A DNA stretch of 63,745 bases, the filler included, from Octopus bimaculoides (Eukaryota), in NCBI RefSeq assembly GCF_001194135.2. It is 7 parts of 7 records of this genome, joined end to end, with 100 filler letters (N's around TTAATTAATTAA, not from the genome) between each part and the next. Parts side by side here need not be neighbours in the genome. Positions count along the whole stretch, not along the records: positions 36,577 to 54,099 come from NC_068987.1; positions 54,200 to 57,650 come from NC_068992.1; positions 57,751 to 62,405 come from NC_068990.1; positions 62,506 to 63,745 come from NC_068989.1; 3 more parts are not named here. One strand, 5' to 3'. Each line of letters opens with the position of its first letter. Positions within the stretch are counted from its first letter, which is position 1. A model generated the notes under the pieces. That model made no database searches, was not told where the DNA came from, and saw nothing but the letters and a program-made list of their open reading frames with translations. Both the position numbers and the translations under genes were made by a program. Of the stretch, positions 53,649-63,745 are shown one piece after another.

Positions 53649-53760
53649 CGAGGGCGTGCTGAAAAGTTTCTAGCATTAAAGGTATCGCGAAAGACTTGGT
53701 TGGAGGTCCAAACTTCCAAGTTCTTTTACAAAAGATACAGCAAAGAAACGCATCTTACAT
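53649..53760 (+). mobile_element. Mariner-type left terminus
   Basis: TA followed by cgagggcgtgctgaaaagtt; an inverted relative lies at about 46050-46128. Confidence 0.55.
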
Positions 53761-54209
53761 CAAAATTTATGGGAATTCACATCTCTAAATGTTTACTGGA
53801 TACACATTGTATACATGTTCACTACATAGATACAATTTGTAGGTGTTCACTGCATAGTCTCACTGTGTATATGTTCACTGGATTGTCAGATAGAGAAGAT
53901 GCTAACTAGAAAGATATATGATGAAAATATGGAATGCATAATGGATAGATGTCGACTGCATATACAGTGCGTGAATAAAAACTGTAAAGCCATATGGTTC
54001 ACTAGACAATACACTCCGAATGTATATATATATGTATGTATGTATGTATACATATGTATGTATGTATGTATGTACATATGTGTATGTAAATATATATATN
54101 NNNNNNNNNNNNNNNNNNNNNNNNNNNNNNNNNNNNNNNNNNNTTAATTAATTAANNNNNNNNNNNNNNNNNNNNNNNNNNNNNNNNNNNNNNNNNNNNT
54201 ATATATATA

Positions 54210-54500
54210 TATATATATATGAGAGGTTTTGTTATCTAACTCTTACATCCTACATATATTTTTACTTCTAATTTATTGTTTTCCTTTATTTCCCTTTATA
54301 ATTCCCATATCTATATTTTCCAGAGTAACTCCTTATACTGAATTCTACTATTTCCCTCTTGTTAATTCTCTCATATAGTCCCTGATGAAGGAATATGCTT
54401 GATATCTCAGAAATAGCTGTAAGACTACCTTTCTCTTTATAAATGTCCTACAAATTCCACGCAGCCTTTGTTTATTGTCGCATTGTAGTTAATACAAACA
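54210..54500 (+). mobile_element. Penelope-like element terminal (pLTR) remnant
   Basis: Pyrimidine-rich terminal-type sequence carrying the hammerhead-like motif typical of Penelope-like elements. Confidence 0.45.
54377..54426 (+). ncRNA. Degenerate Penelope-type minimal hammerhead motif
   Basis: CTGATGA 54382-54388, stem II ggaatat/atatctc, GAAA 54410-54413, near-palindromic ATAGCTGT, GUA site, stem I agtcc/agact (4 of 5 pairs). Confidence 0.55.
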
Positions 54501-55957
54501 CACACACAGACATAAAAAGATACATATAAACTATACTTAGTCATATCGTGTTATTTGTCTTATATTCTCTTTCAAATATAAACACAGGAGAAACAGAATG
54601 GAATATAATTGTATTTAATTCTTATTCTTATACGTATAATTCTTTCTGTTTTCCACCATTTCAGTTTGTCTACCTTTAGCATATTCCTTTGGGTTATAAA
54701 TTATATGTCATTATTTCCAGAAATGTTTCTAGTTTCCGATGTATTCCTATTAAACGTCAGATATAATTTCCGATTATCATTTACCAAGTAACATTATTTA
54801 ATAAAGGAAAAAATATACCAGACAACTGGGACCACATTTAACAAGAAATTGCCACGGTCATTTTGAAATGACAGCAACTTAGAATAATTTCGTTTAAATC
54901 TCAGAAAGATAATTAATATAAATATTTCTCTGGAGTCGAATATTATAATACAAAGAGGAACTCATACGTGACTTCATCGCTTCAATTGTGGACGAAAATC
55001 TTGTAAACCAGACATTGAAAATGATCATAGTCATGAAGAATATATGTATTTCTACAGCTACTTTTGTGACTGAGGTTTCGGCAAATATTTCACTTAGTGC
55101 TGTATATCAACTGATTGTAGCTAAAGCTTTCCAATGCAGTTTCAACATGAGGAAATATATTAAAATTTTAAATTCTCTATCTTACTCTCAGAGCTGATGT
55201 GTTTGACAAATTTAATCGTAACGAGACGAGTTTTTGACACCGTCCCACAATAACAACGAGTATACCTTCTGCTAAATATCATCATTGTTGAGATCCTACA
55301 CTGTCTGCAAATAATTGCGGTTGTATACAAGGAAATCCTGCAAGTATACAAAGATGATTCAGTTATAAGTTTCAATATAAAAATTCCCATCTGCATATAT
55401 AATTTTGTTTCTATATGTCAAAGAAATTTCGGCTCTTTGTTTTCCAACCCCGTTGAAGAATTAGATTAAAAGTTTTATTTGGAAATAAAGGTGTCATTAT
55501 AAATTTAAGATGTTTGTCAGAGTCTGCCACGACACGTCACAAATGAGAAAATAATTCCCATTTTTAAGTCCTAAACAAAATTAAAGAGCCATTTTGATAC
55601 TATACAATTTTTTTAATATAACATTGGGAAAAATTTGAAATGGAAAATGAATAAACGAAATGCGAGACGATAGTTGCTTTAACTCTTCCCATTATATAAA
55701 TGTAATTCTGGAAAATATAAAATAAAATTGTATTTATTTAGAAAGGTTCGACTTCACTAAAAAAACAAAAAAAATAAAATAAAACAACCCAATATGGGCT
55801 ACATAAAATGATTTTTGCAACAGACTGTCTTCACAAATGTAGTATGTAGTTTTAATAATATAGTGTCTAATTATTTAATTATTATTAGCTCAAAGTGAAA
55901 TTATGAAACTAAATATAATTATATATTCGGTATTCGGACACTTTACTCCTGTCAGAG

Positions 55958-56003
<46 letters not shown>

Positions 56004-56008
<5 letters not shown>

Positions 56009-57650
56009 CAGCCTCAGTAGACTGCAAGATAGGACCCCCACTTCCAAAAGGGTAGCTCCCTCACACACAGTCCAACTTGGATAAGTGACGTACTGAATGA
56101 CCGGTTCAAAAGTTTCTTTACCACCCCGTTGGAACACAAACAAGTGAACGAACCAGTGGACTTCTTTACCGCCTCACCTATAACCAGCGTGACAGTTACG
56201 CTGGAATACATCGACATTAGTGAAGAAGATATACTACTAGTAATAGATGAAGTGGAAACAAGCTCAACTGCTGGTCCTGATGATTTCCCTGAAATCCTCC
56301 TCAAATCTTGTAAGCATGCCATGGCAAAGCCCCTTCAGATTCTCTTCCAGAGCTTTATTGCACGTATCAGACTGCCAAGCAAGCTGAAGGAAGAACTATT
56401 AAGGCCAATCCATAAAGGGGGAAACAGAGTAGATGCCAAAAACTATAGGCGTATCTCTCTGACTTCACCCTTCAGCAAAATCATGGAACTGATAGTCAGA
56501 GGGAAACTAATCACATTCCTTGAAGAAAATAACTTTATGAGTGATACCCAGAATGGCCTTCGACCAGGTAGGAGCTGCCTGACCCAGCTCTTACAACATT
56601 ATGAATGGGTTTTGAGGCAGCTACTCAACAGCTCAAATGTGGACGTAATATAACTTGATAAAGTGGATCATGGTATGATATGCCACAAACTGCGTGATCT
56701 TGGCATAGCTGGAAATCTTGGAAAGTGGTTACATGACTTTCTTAAGGATAGACGCTAGGCAGTAGTGGCTAATGGAGCCACCTCTATGAAAACACAAATA
56801 GTGATCGGTGTTCCACAGGGCACTGTCTTGGGGCCACTGCTTTTTATAGTAGCCCTCTCATATATGACCTCAAGTGCCTCGATAGCCACATTTGCAAGCT
56901 ACGCAGACGATAGGAAAGTCTCGCAGAAAATACAGAATCCCAGCGATGTTGACATCTGCAGCAAGAGTTGGATTCAATTTACAGATGGGCTGAGGATAAT
57001 AATATGCAGTTTAATGCTGAAAAATTCCAAGCCCTGCGCTATCAGTGTACAAAACTGAATATGAAACTTACAGAGTACACTGGTCCACAGGGAATTTCAA
57101 TCCCAGAGCCTAAATCAGCGAGGGACCTTGGTATCGACATGAGTGATGATACCTCTTTCCTAGTGCACATTACCAGAATGGCAACAAAGTGCAGACGATT
57201 GGCTAGATGGATCCTGAGAACATTCAGAACCAGAGAAAAGGAAACGATGATGGTCCTCTGGAGGATATTCGCCGTCAGCCGCCTGGATTGCTGTTCACAG
57301 CTATGGTCACCCACCAGTGTGAAATTAACAGCAGAGCTTGAAGCAACCCAGAGAAGATTCACAAAGAAGATCGTCTCTTTGCAACTGCTCAGCTACTGGG
57401 AAAGGCTGAAACAGCTAAGTCTCTACTCCCTGGAGAGAAGTTGGGAGAGGTATGCAGTAATATACATCTGGAAGATCCTGGAAGGAATTGTGCCAAATTT
57501 TGGCATTGAAAGCTCCACCAATGCTAGAACGGAACAACACTGCATAATGCCAAATTTCCCAGCAACGCTATCGCTTTTCAGGACCAGTTACTACAACAGT
57601 CTGGGTTTCATGGAGCCACAGCTATTTAATATTCTCCCAAAGAGCCTGAG
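56004..57650 (+). mobile_element. CR1-group (CR1/L2/Jockey-like) LINE reverse transcriptase, pseudogenised
   Basis: AGPDDFP, NYRRISLTS, QNGLRPGRSCLTQLL, GVPQGTVLGPLLF, YADD, MQFNAEKF, RLDCCSQLWSP; stops, a frameshift and a deletion in the DFxKAFD motif. Confidence 0.92.
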
Positions 57651-57964
57651 NNNNNNNNNNNNNNNNNNNNNNNNNNNNNNNNNNNNNNNNNNNNTTAATT
57701 AATTAANNNNNNNNNNNNNNNNNNNNNNNNNNNNNNNNNNNNNNNNNNNNTTTTTTGAAGCTCCGACGAAGATATAAAGTGATAAACAAGCACTCAATTC
57801 TAAGTGCCTTGCATCTTTTAACGGAAACAGCTGTAAACTAATGAAGTTCATGGCATAATTTCCTGTTCATTCATTTAATGCCTTTTGAGTGCGCGTGTGC
57901 GTGTATGTGCCTATGTACATGTGTGTGTGCGCGCGTGCATGTGTGTGTTTCTGTTTTTCTTTGA

Positions 57965-58118
57965 CCACTAGCTGACAACCGATGTTGGCGCATTCAAGTC
58001 CACGTGACTTGGCAGCTTTGGCAAAATATACCAATTGAATAATTACCAGATTAAGCCTTTAAAAATTGCGCCTCCAGCGTGGCCGCAGCCCCGTCACTGG
58101 AACAAGTAAAAGATGAGA
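57965..58118 (+). mobile_element. SINE family A, 3' half
   Basis: tgacaaccgatgttgg..ctccagcgtggccgcag..aacaagtaaaaga. Confidence 0.7.
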
Positions 58119-58864
58119 AATAGGAATGTTTGAAATGGGTGCAATAGCTGCCCTTCAGCATTGAATAAACTTACTTTTCGTAAGGGGAATGTGTCCAAAA
58201 AAGCTGATGGCTCTTGCAAAAATCAATTAAATTAATGCCTAGTTTTAATCCGTCACTTGGTGATTTAATACAATCCCGCAGACTATGAGGTCTTTATTAT
58301 TATCTATTCTGTTAAAAGCTTCGCAAACTAACTTTCTACATGCCATTTACATCTAACAAAATATAAATTGAAATTTTCATCAAATCTGTGTGTGTGCCTT
58401 GTTCACTGCAGGAAAATGTGAATTCATTTGGGTATTTTCTATACGAATTGAAAAGGTGCGTCCGAGCCATAAGAATAGAAAGTTCACGAGTACACAATTA
58501 CGTTTGTTTTCAGCCATTGTTTCTATGTCATATTGCGGTCAATGGCCAGTACTTCCTTTTTTTAAAGTAAAATCAAGGGAATGCATATATAATTACTTGT
58601 AAAGAAAGCAATGAATAAAAAATAGAAAATACATCCGGGTACACAACCGGGACTAAGAATTAATTGGCTACAAACACCTAGCGTTCCCACGCTTACCCAC
58701 ATACACAAATCGATGAGCATATACGTACAGACACACGCACTCGCACGCGCACACACACACACACACACGGCACACATGCGAGCACACACACACGCACACG
58801 CATGTTATGTTATCTTTTAACTTTTACTTCTTTCAGACATGTGTTCCTTTAATCAGACAATCCC

Positions 58865-59875
58865 ACCAGTTTTTTCCAGCAACTTCCACTGTGGCTATAT
58901 GAAATTGATTGTGTAAGTCCTTCTTACGTGATTCTTCTTCATGTCATTTTTGCACTTCTTCCTTTGTTTTTCATTTTTTCTCTGCTTTCAATGCTCTTTA
59001 GTTCCTACTTGTCACTAGCAAGGTTTCCTTACTCTAGGCTATGTATTTCCTTAAGCTCTCGAGTTCGATACGTACGCAGTCTTCCACACTTATCCGCCCT
59101 TTTCCTCCATTTGCTCTCTTCATGTATAGGCAATCAGTGTCTACACGCGCATGAAGGGCTCCATGCATCATTAGGAGCTTTTTTGACTTCCTGTCCAACT
59201 TCTTTATCTCCTCCTCTGTCCACTTCAAAATTCCAGCGCCATACCGAACTACTGTGACTGCATGCGAGTTTATTGCCGAAATTGTGTTTTGGGCATTCTG
59301 CTTTGAAGCCAATATTTTTCTCACTTACTGCAAGTACACTCTTTTTGTCTTTTCCTTCATGTCATAGTGTCTGATTCCATCTGCCTCAAGTATTCCCAGA
59401 CATCTGTAACTGGATTGAGGTTGAATTATCTTCTTCATTTCATCACTTGGCAACTATATGCCTTCTCTCCTGACACGTTTTCCTCGTCTCATCACCGCCA
59501 TAGCACATTTTGAGAGTCCAAACGCCAGCTTGATATTGGAGAAAATCGGCACAATCTCGACTAGGCAGTGCAGTTCGACCCCATTTTGTGAATAACTTCA
59601 GGTCATCCATAAATAGTAACTGGTACAGTTTTCCATTACCTCTTCCCAGGTCATACTCTAATTTTGTTTTCTGTAGTATTTAACTCAAGAGGATCATTCC
59701 CAGCACGAAGATCAGTGGGGACTCACTGTCCCCCTGGAAGATTCCTCTCATGAACTTTCACCTCTCCTAATACTTGATTCCTTACTATCAATTCTATTCT
59801 CCAGCACTTCATGCTATTCCATATAAGGATTCTCATATTTTCTGCTCCTCCGTACATTTCCATTGTTCTTATTAT
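58865..59875 (-). mobile_element. R4/Dong-type non-LTR RT fragment
   Basis: GIFQGDSESPL and AINSHAVTVVRYGAGILKWT...LDRKSKKLLMMHGALH..LYMKRANGGKG..SVEDCV. Confidence 0.85.
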
Positions 59876-60047
59876 GTAGGAGTATGGTATCATATCGTAT
59901 GATTCACGATAGTCAACTCTATGGTATTGGGCAGAATATCTGCTGTAATCTATCTTTCATACCAAGACAAAACAATGTACATAATAAAACTTCCAATAAG
60001 TTGAAATCAGAAGCCATAAGAGCCACTGCCTCATCTCGTAATTGTTT

Positions 60048-60222
60048 TGCTGTATTTCGCCCGTCGCTACGTTCTGAGTTCAAATTCCGCCGAAGTTGAC
60101 TTTACCTTCCATCCTTTCAAATCCGATAAATTAAGTACCACTTGAATACTGGGGTCGATGTAATCGACTATCCCCGTCCCCCAAACTTCAGGCCTTGTGC
60201 CTATAATAAAAAGGATTATTAT
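60048..60222 (+). mobile_element. SINE family B, 5'-truncated
   Basis: gttctgagttcaaattccgcc...aggccttgtgcct followed by an (ATT)n tail. Confidence 0.85.
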
Positions 60223-60285
60223 TATTACGGAGTTGTACTTGCATAGCAAGTGACCTGATCTGAGATCGTGTGCTGGAACGAAAAC

Positions 60286-60735
<450 letters not shown>

Positions 60736-61421
60736 TAAGGAGGTGAGTTGGTAGAACCTAGGGCTCAAAAGCGACACCAGCTACGACGACGACAACAACA
60801 ACAGCAACAACAACAAAAGAAAAGAAAACAAAAAAAGCAACAACAATAACAACAGCAGCAGAACAACGTTTGCAATATCTTCATTGTAAAATTTTAATGA
60901 TTACTTCTGAAACTAGGAGTGTATGACAAACAAAAATTTACTTCCCCTCCCGCGAATATATTTATTTTATAGATATCTTTCAAATGCTTCAAACATTAAA
61001 TATGCTAATACTAGCACTTATCTCTTAATATTTGCCCGCTCCACATTGTTTTGTATATAAATCCTATTTTAATATTAATTCAAATAAAACCTAAATACAT
61101 TCAATTAAGCGTGACGCTGCAAACATTTAGATATAAAGTATTGTTCATTTAAAAGCACTCGAGTGTCATAAAAATTGTGTAGAGATTTCTACAATGCCCT
61201 GACCGCGTGTGCCTTTAACGGGCATGGTTTGTATTCATTACAATAGCATTTGCTTTTTAGGCTTCTTAGGGTCATCTAGGGGTCGGCTAGGGGTCAGCAA
61301 TATGGCATTGTTTTTTACTGTTAGGTCAGACGCACAACTGAACGGGCCTACGATGGAGGTTGTTCAAGCCAGATGTTTTTTTTGTCATTTATGTACATCT
61401 AATTGTTTATCTTCCTTCACT

Positions 61422-61640
61422 CTGACTGCGGCCATGCTGGGGCACGCCCTTGAGGGGTTTTAGTCGAACAAATCGACCCTAGAACTTATTCTGTTGAGAT
61501 CGTTTCCCAAACTGCTAAGTTACAGGGGACATAAACAAACCAACACTGTTTGTCAAGCGGTAGTGGAGGTACACACAGACACACTCAGACACACACACCT
61601 ACACATACATACACACTTACAAACAGACACCGCGAATATA
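61422..61640 (-). mobile_element. SINE family A, 3' half
   Basis: gactgcggccatgctggggcac..ctaagttacaggggac. Confidence 0.75.
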
Positions 61641-61794
61641 AAGGGTGTGGGTTCGAGTCCCGTGCATACGAAAACCCCTCCTTTTTACAGTCTACGGCTT
61701 ATGTGTCCTAATATTGAACTGTTTTCTTTGGTCAATCCAATGATTGCTAATAATCTTTGATCTTATAGATATTATTGTTATTTACAGGATGTAT

Positions 61795-62190
61795 TCTTTT
61801 ATTTTTTTATTCTTTTACTTGCTTCAGCCTTTAGTCAAGAAATCGACCCCTGGACATATACTTTGTAAGCCTAGTACTTATTATATCGGATAATCATTGC
61901 CGAACCGCTAAGTTACAGGAAAGTAAACACACCAGCATCGGTTGTCAAGTGATGTTGAGTGTGGAGGGGGAAACCGGATAAGCACGGACACACAAATATG
62001 TACACATACACATACACATATATATACGACAGGTTTCTTTCAGTTTCCGTCTACTAAATCCACTCACAAAGCTTCGGTTGGCCTGAGGCTATAGTAGAAG
62101 ACACTTACCCAAGGTGCCATGCAGTGGGACTGAACCCGGAACCATGTGGTTGGTAAGTAAGCTACTTACCATACAACCCCTCCAGCGCCT
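61795..62190 (-). mobile_element. Near full-length SINE family A
   Basis: Both halves present, joined by a short (CA/TA)n tract. Confidence 0.85.
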
Positions 62191-62505
62191 GGGACTTGCC
62201 AGACTGGAGCAATCTCCAATATAACCATCCGAAATTGCACAGATAAGCTGGAACTCGACTGAGGAAAGAAAAGTCCGAATGACCCGTCCTTGTTTTCTTT
62301 GTTTCATCTATCTTGATAGTTTATTGTCCTTTTTTTGTATCACCTAACTGTCTGAATGTTTTGCGATCTTGTTCCGATTGTATTTTATACATACATACAT
62401 ATATANNNNNNNNNNNNNNNNNNNNNNNNNNNNNNNNNNNNNNNNNNNNTTAATTAATTAANNNNNNNNNNNNNNNNNNNNNNNNNNNNNNNNNNNNNNN
62501 NNNNN

Positions 62506-62779
62506 AGACGAAATACCGCTAAGCATTTCGCCCGGCGTGCAAACTTTTCTTATTTCTTTATTACCCACAAGGGGTTAAACATAAAGGGGACAAACAAGGA
62601 CAAAGGGATTAAGTCGATTGCATCGACCCCAGTGCGTAACTGGTACTTAATTTATCGACCCCGAAAGGATGAAAGGCAAAGTCAACCTCGGCGGAATTTG
62701 AACTCAGAACGTAACGGCAGACGAAATACCGCTAAGCATTTCACCCGGCGTGCTTACGTTTCTGCCAGCTCGACGCCAT
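62506..62779 (-). mobile_element. SINE family B with duplicated head segment (dimeric form)
   Basis: agacgaaataccgctaagcatttc occurs at 62506 and about 62719. Confidence 0.85.
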
Positions 62780-63027
62780 TAGTACCTCTTAAATAATGAC
62801 ACCTTACAATATTACTGAAAATTTTGATATACCAATATGACAAAAGATGGAAAATTGTGCTTCTCCTTTGCTGAAATTTCTAAATTACTCTAAGTGAAAA
62901 TATCAATATTCATAAAATCACTAGACATGCTGAGATTAATGGTGAGGAAAAGTGTGTGTATGGCAGGGGAGAATTTAATTTGATTTACAAAAGTGAAGTA
63001 TTGTGCTTTGTTGAGTGCTACTGTGTG

Positions 63028-63080
63028 TTGCTAAGCGTTACTAAGCGTTGCTAAGCGTTGCTAAGCGTTACTAAGCATTG
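63028..63080. repeat. 10-bp minisatellite (CTAAGCGTTR)x5
   Basis: Directly visible. Confidence 0.95.
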
Positions 63081-63171
63081 TTGCGCTGTATTCAAAGTGA
63101 AGAGGTTGTCTCGTTGGTTAAACAGTTGGTCATTTATCGTAGAAAACGATACGCAATCTATTAATTTAATC

Positions 63172-63582
63172 TGTAGTAACGCCGTGCGCATGCGTAGAAT
63201 TAAACAACCAAGCGTTCCCGCTCAATTCATTCTCTTTCTTGCTGGCCAGCAATAGAGCATGGACGTGTCAAGAGTGTCTCCAACATTCCAACTCTGGAGA
63301 CAGTCTCTTTACGTGTATAGCTGTCACCCTCCATCTTTCGGACTTACACTCGACAGCTCGCTCACATCTACATAACAACGTCCCAACAACAGAAGCTGTA
63401 ACAACAAGGACTAAAAATGTATATATTTACCACCTAAATAAAGTGTTGTATAGGTTGATAGTCTGGAGTTCAGCGTTCCGTTATATTCTCTAATTTTCTA
63501 TAGGAAAGTCAGGTATACATCTAATGATGTATAACCAACTTTCCTATACTGGTGACCCCCGACGTGATTCGAACACGCAGCC
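63172..63582 (+). mobile_element. Probable 5' LTR followed by a tRNA-Trp primer binding site (Gypsy-like, inferred)
   Basis: TG start at 63172, AATAAA 63437-63442, then TGGTGACCCCCGACGTGATTCGAACACGCAGCC (63550-63582), complementary to the 3' end of eukaryotic tRNA-Trp including CCA. No gag/pol in the window; the LTR start is uncertain. Confidence 0.6.
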
Positions 63583-63745
63583 CGCTGAGCTGCAATAACC
63601 CACTTTCTTATAAAGTGGTGATTCGACGAAGAAACAAACGCAGCATGGACTCTGGACTACCAACTTATAACTGGTGAACCCCGACTAAAGAACAAATACG
63701 GCCATGGAGACTGAACTACGTATTACCAACATCTCCAACCATAGT

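Noticed and set aside
56004-57650. Active LINE
   Set aside because: In-frame stops, a frameshift and a deleted RT motif; no ORF1 or endonuclease.
62250-62290. Hammerhead candidate CTGAGGA...GAAT (related copy at about 44965-45000)
   Set aside because: A15.1 is replaced by T in both copies and no stem I can be formed.
63550-63600. Functional tRNA-Trp gene on the minus strand
   Set aside because: Only the 3' half matches, CCA is encoded, and the D arm and anticodon are absent.

Overview
AT-rich, microsatellite-saturated eukaryotic scaffold with many N gaps. The repeat families (tRNA-derived SINEs with an internal (TA/CA)n tract, RTE LINEs with (GAT)n tails, Tc1/mariner relics) look most like an octopod cephalopod; this is an inference. 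The only host coding sequence I can support is two phase-0 exons on the + strand (32092-32181 and 34867-34935) that encode the N-terminal lumenal domain of a TMEM145-like protein. They lie in a visibly CpG-depleted block (about 14.8-36.4 kb) that starts just after a CpG-rich promoter-like patch at about 14.1 kb. The rest is mostly decayed mobile DNA: RTE, CR1-group and R4/Dong-type LINE fragments, DD36E, DD34D and DD37D Tc1/mariner elements, a hAT MITE, Helentron-like ends, Penelope-like termini and a probable LTR with a tRNA-Trp primer binding site. The most interesting observations: (1) a complete minimal hammerhead-ribozyme fold with a swapped G3:C8 core inside a 147-bp-arm palindrome at 60.3-60.6 kb, plus two more degenerate hammerheads; (2) a tandem array of tRNA-Trp PBS-like units at the right edge; (3) a duplicated splice acceptor that could create a poison micro-exon in the TMEM145-like gene; (4) a near-perfect SINE foldback hairpin; (5) a variable-number stem-loop array in RTE 3' UTRs. 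All alignments and folds were done by eye; no database searches were run.
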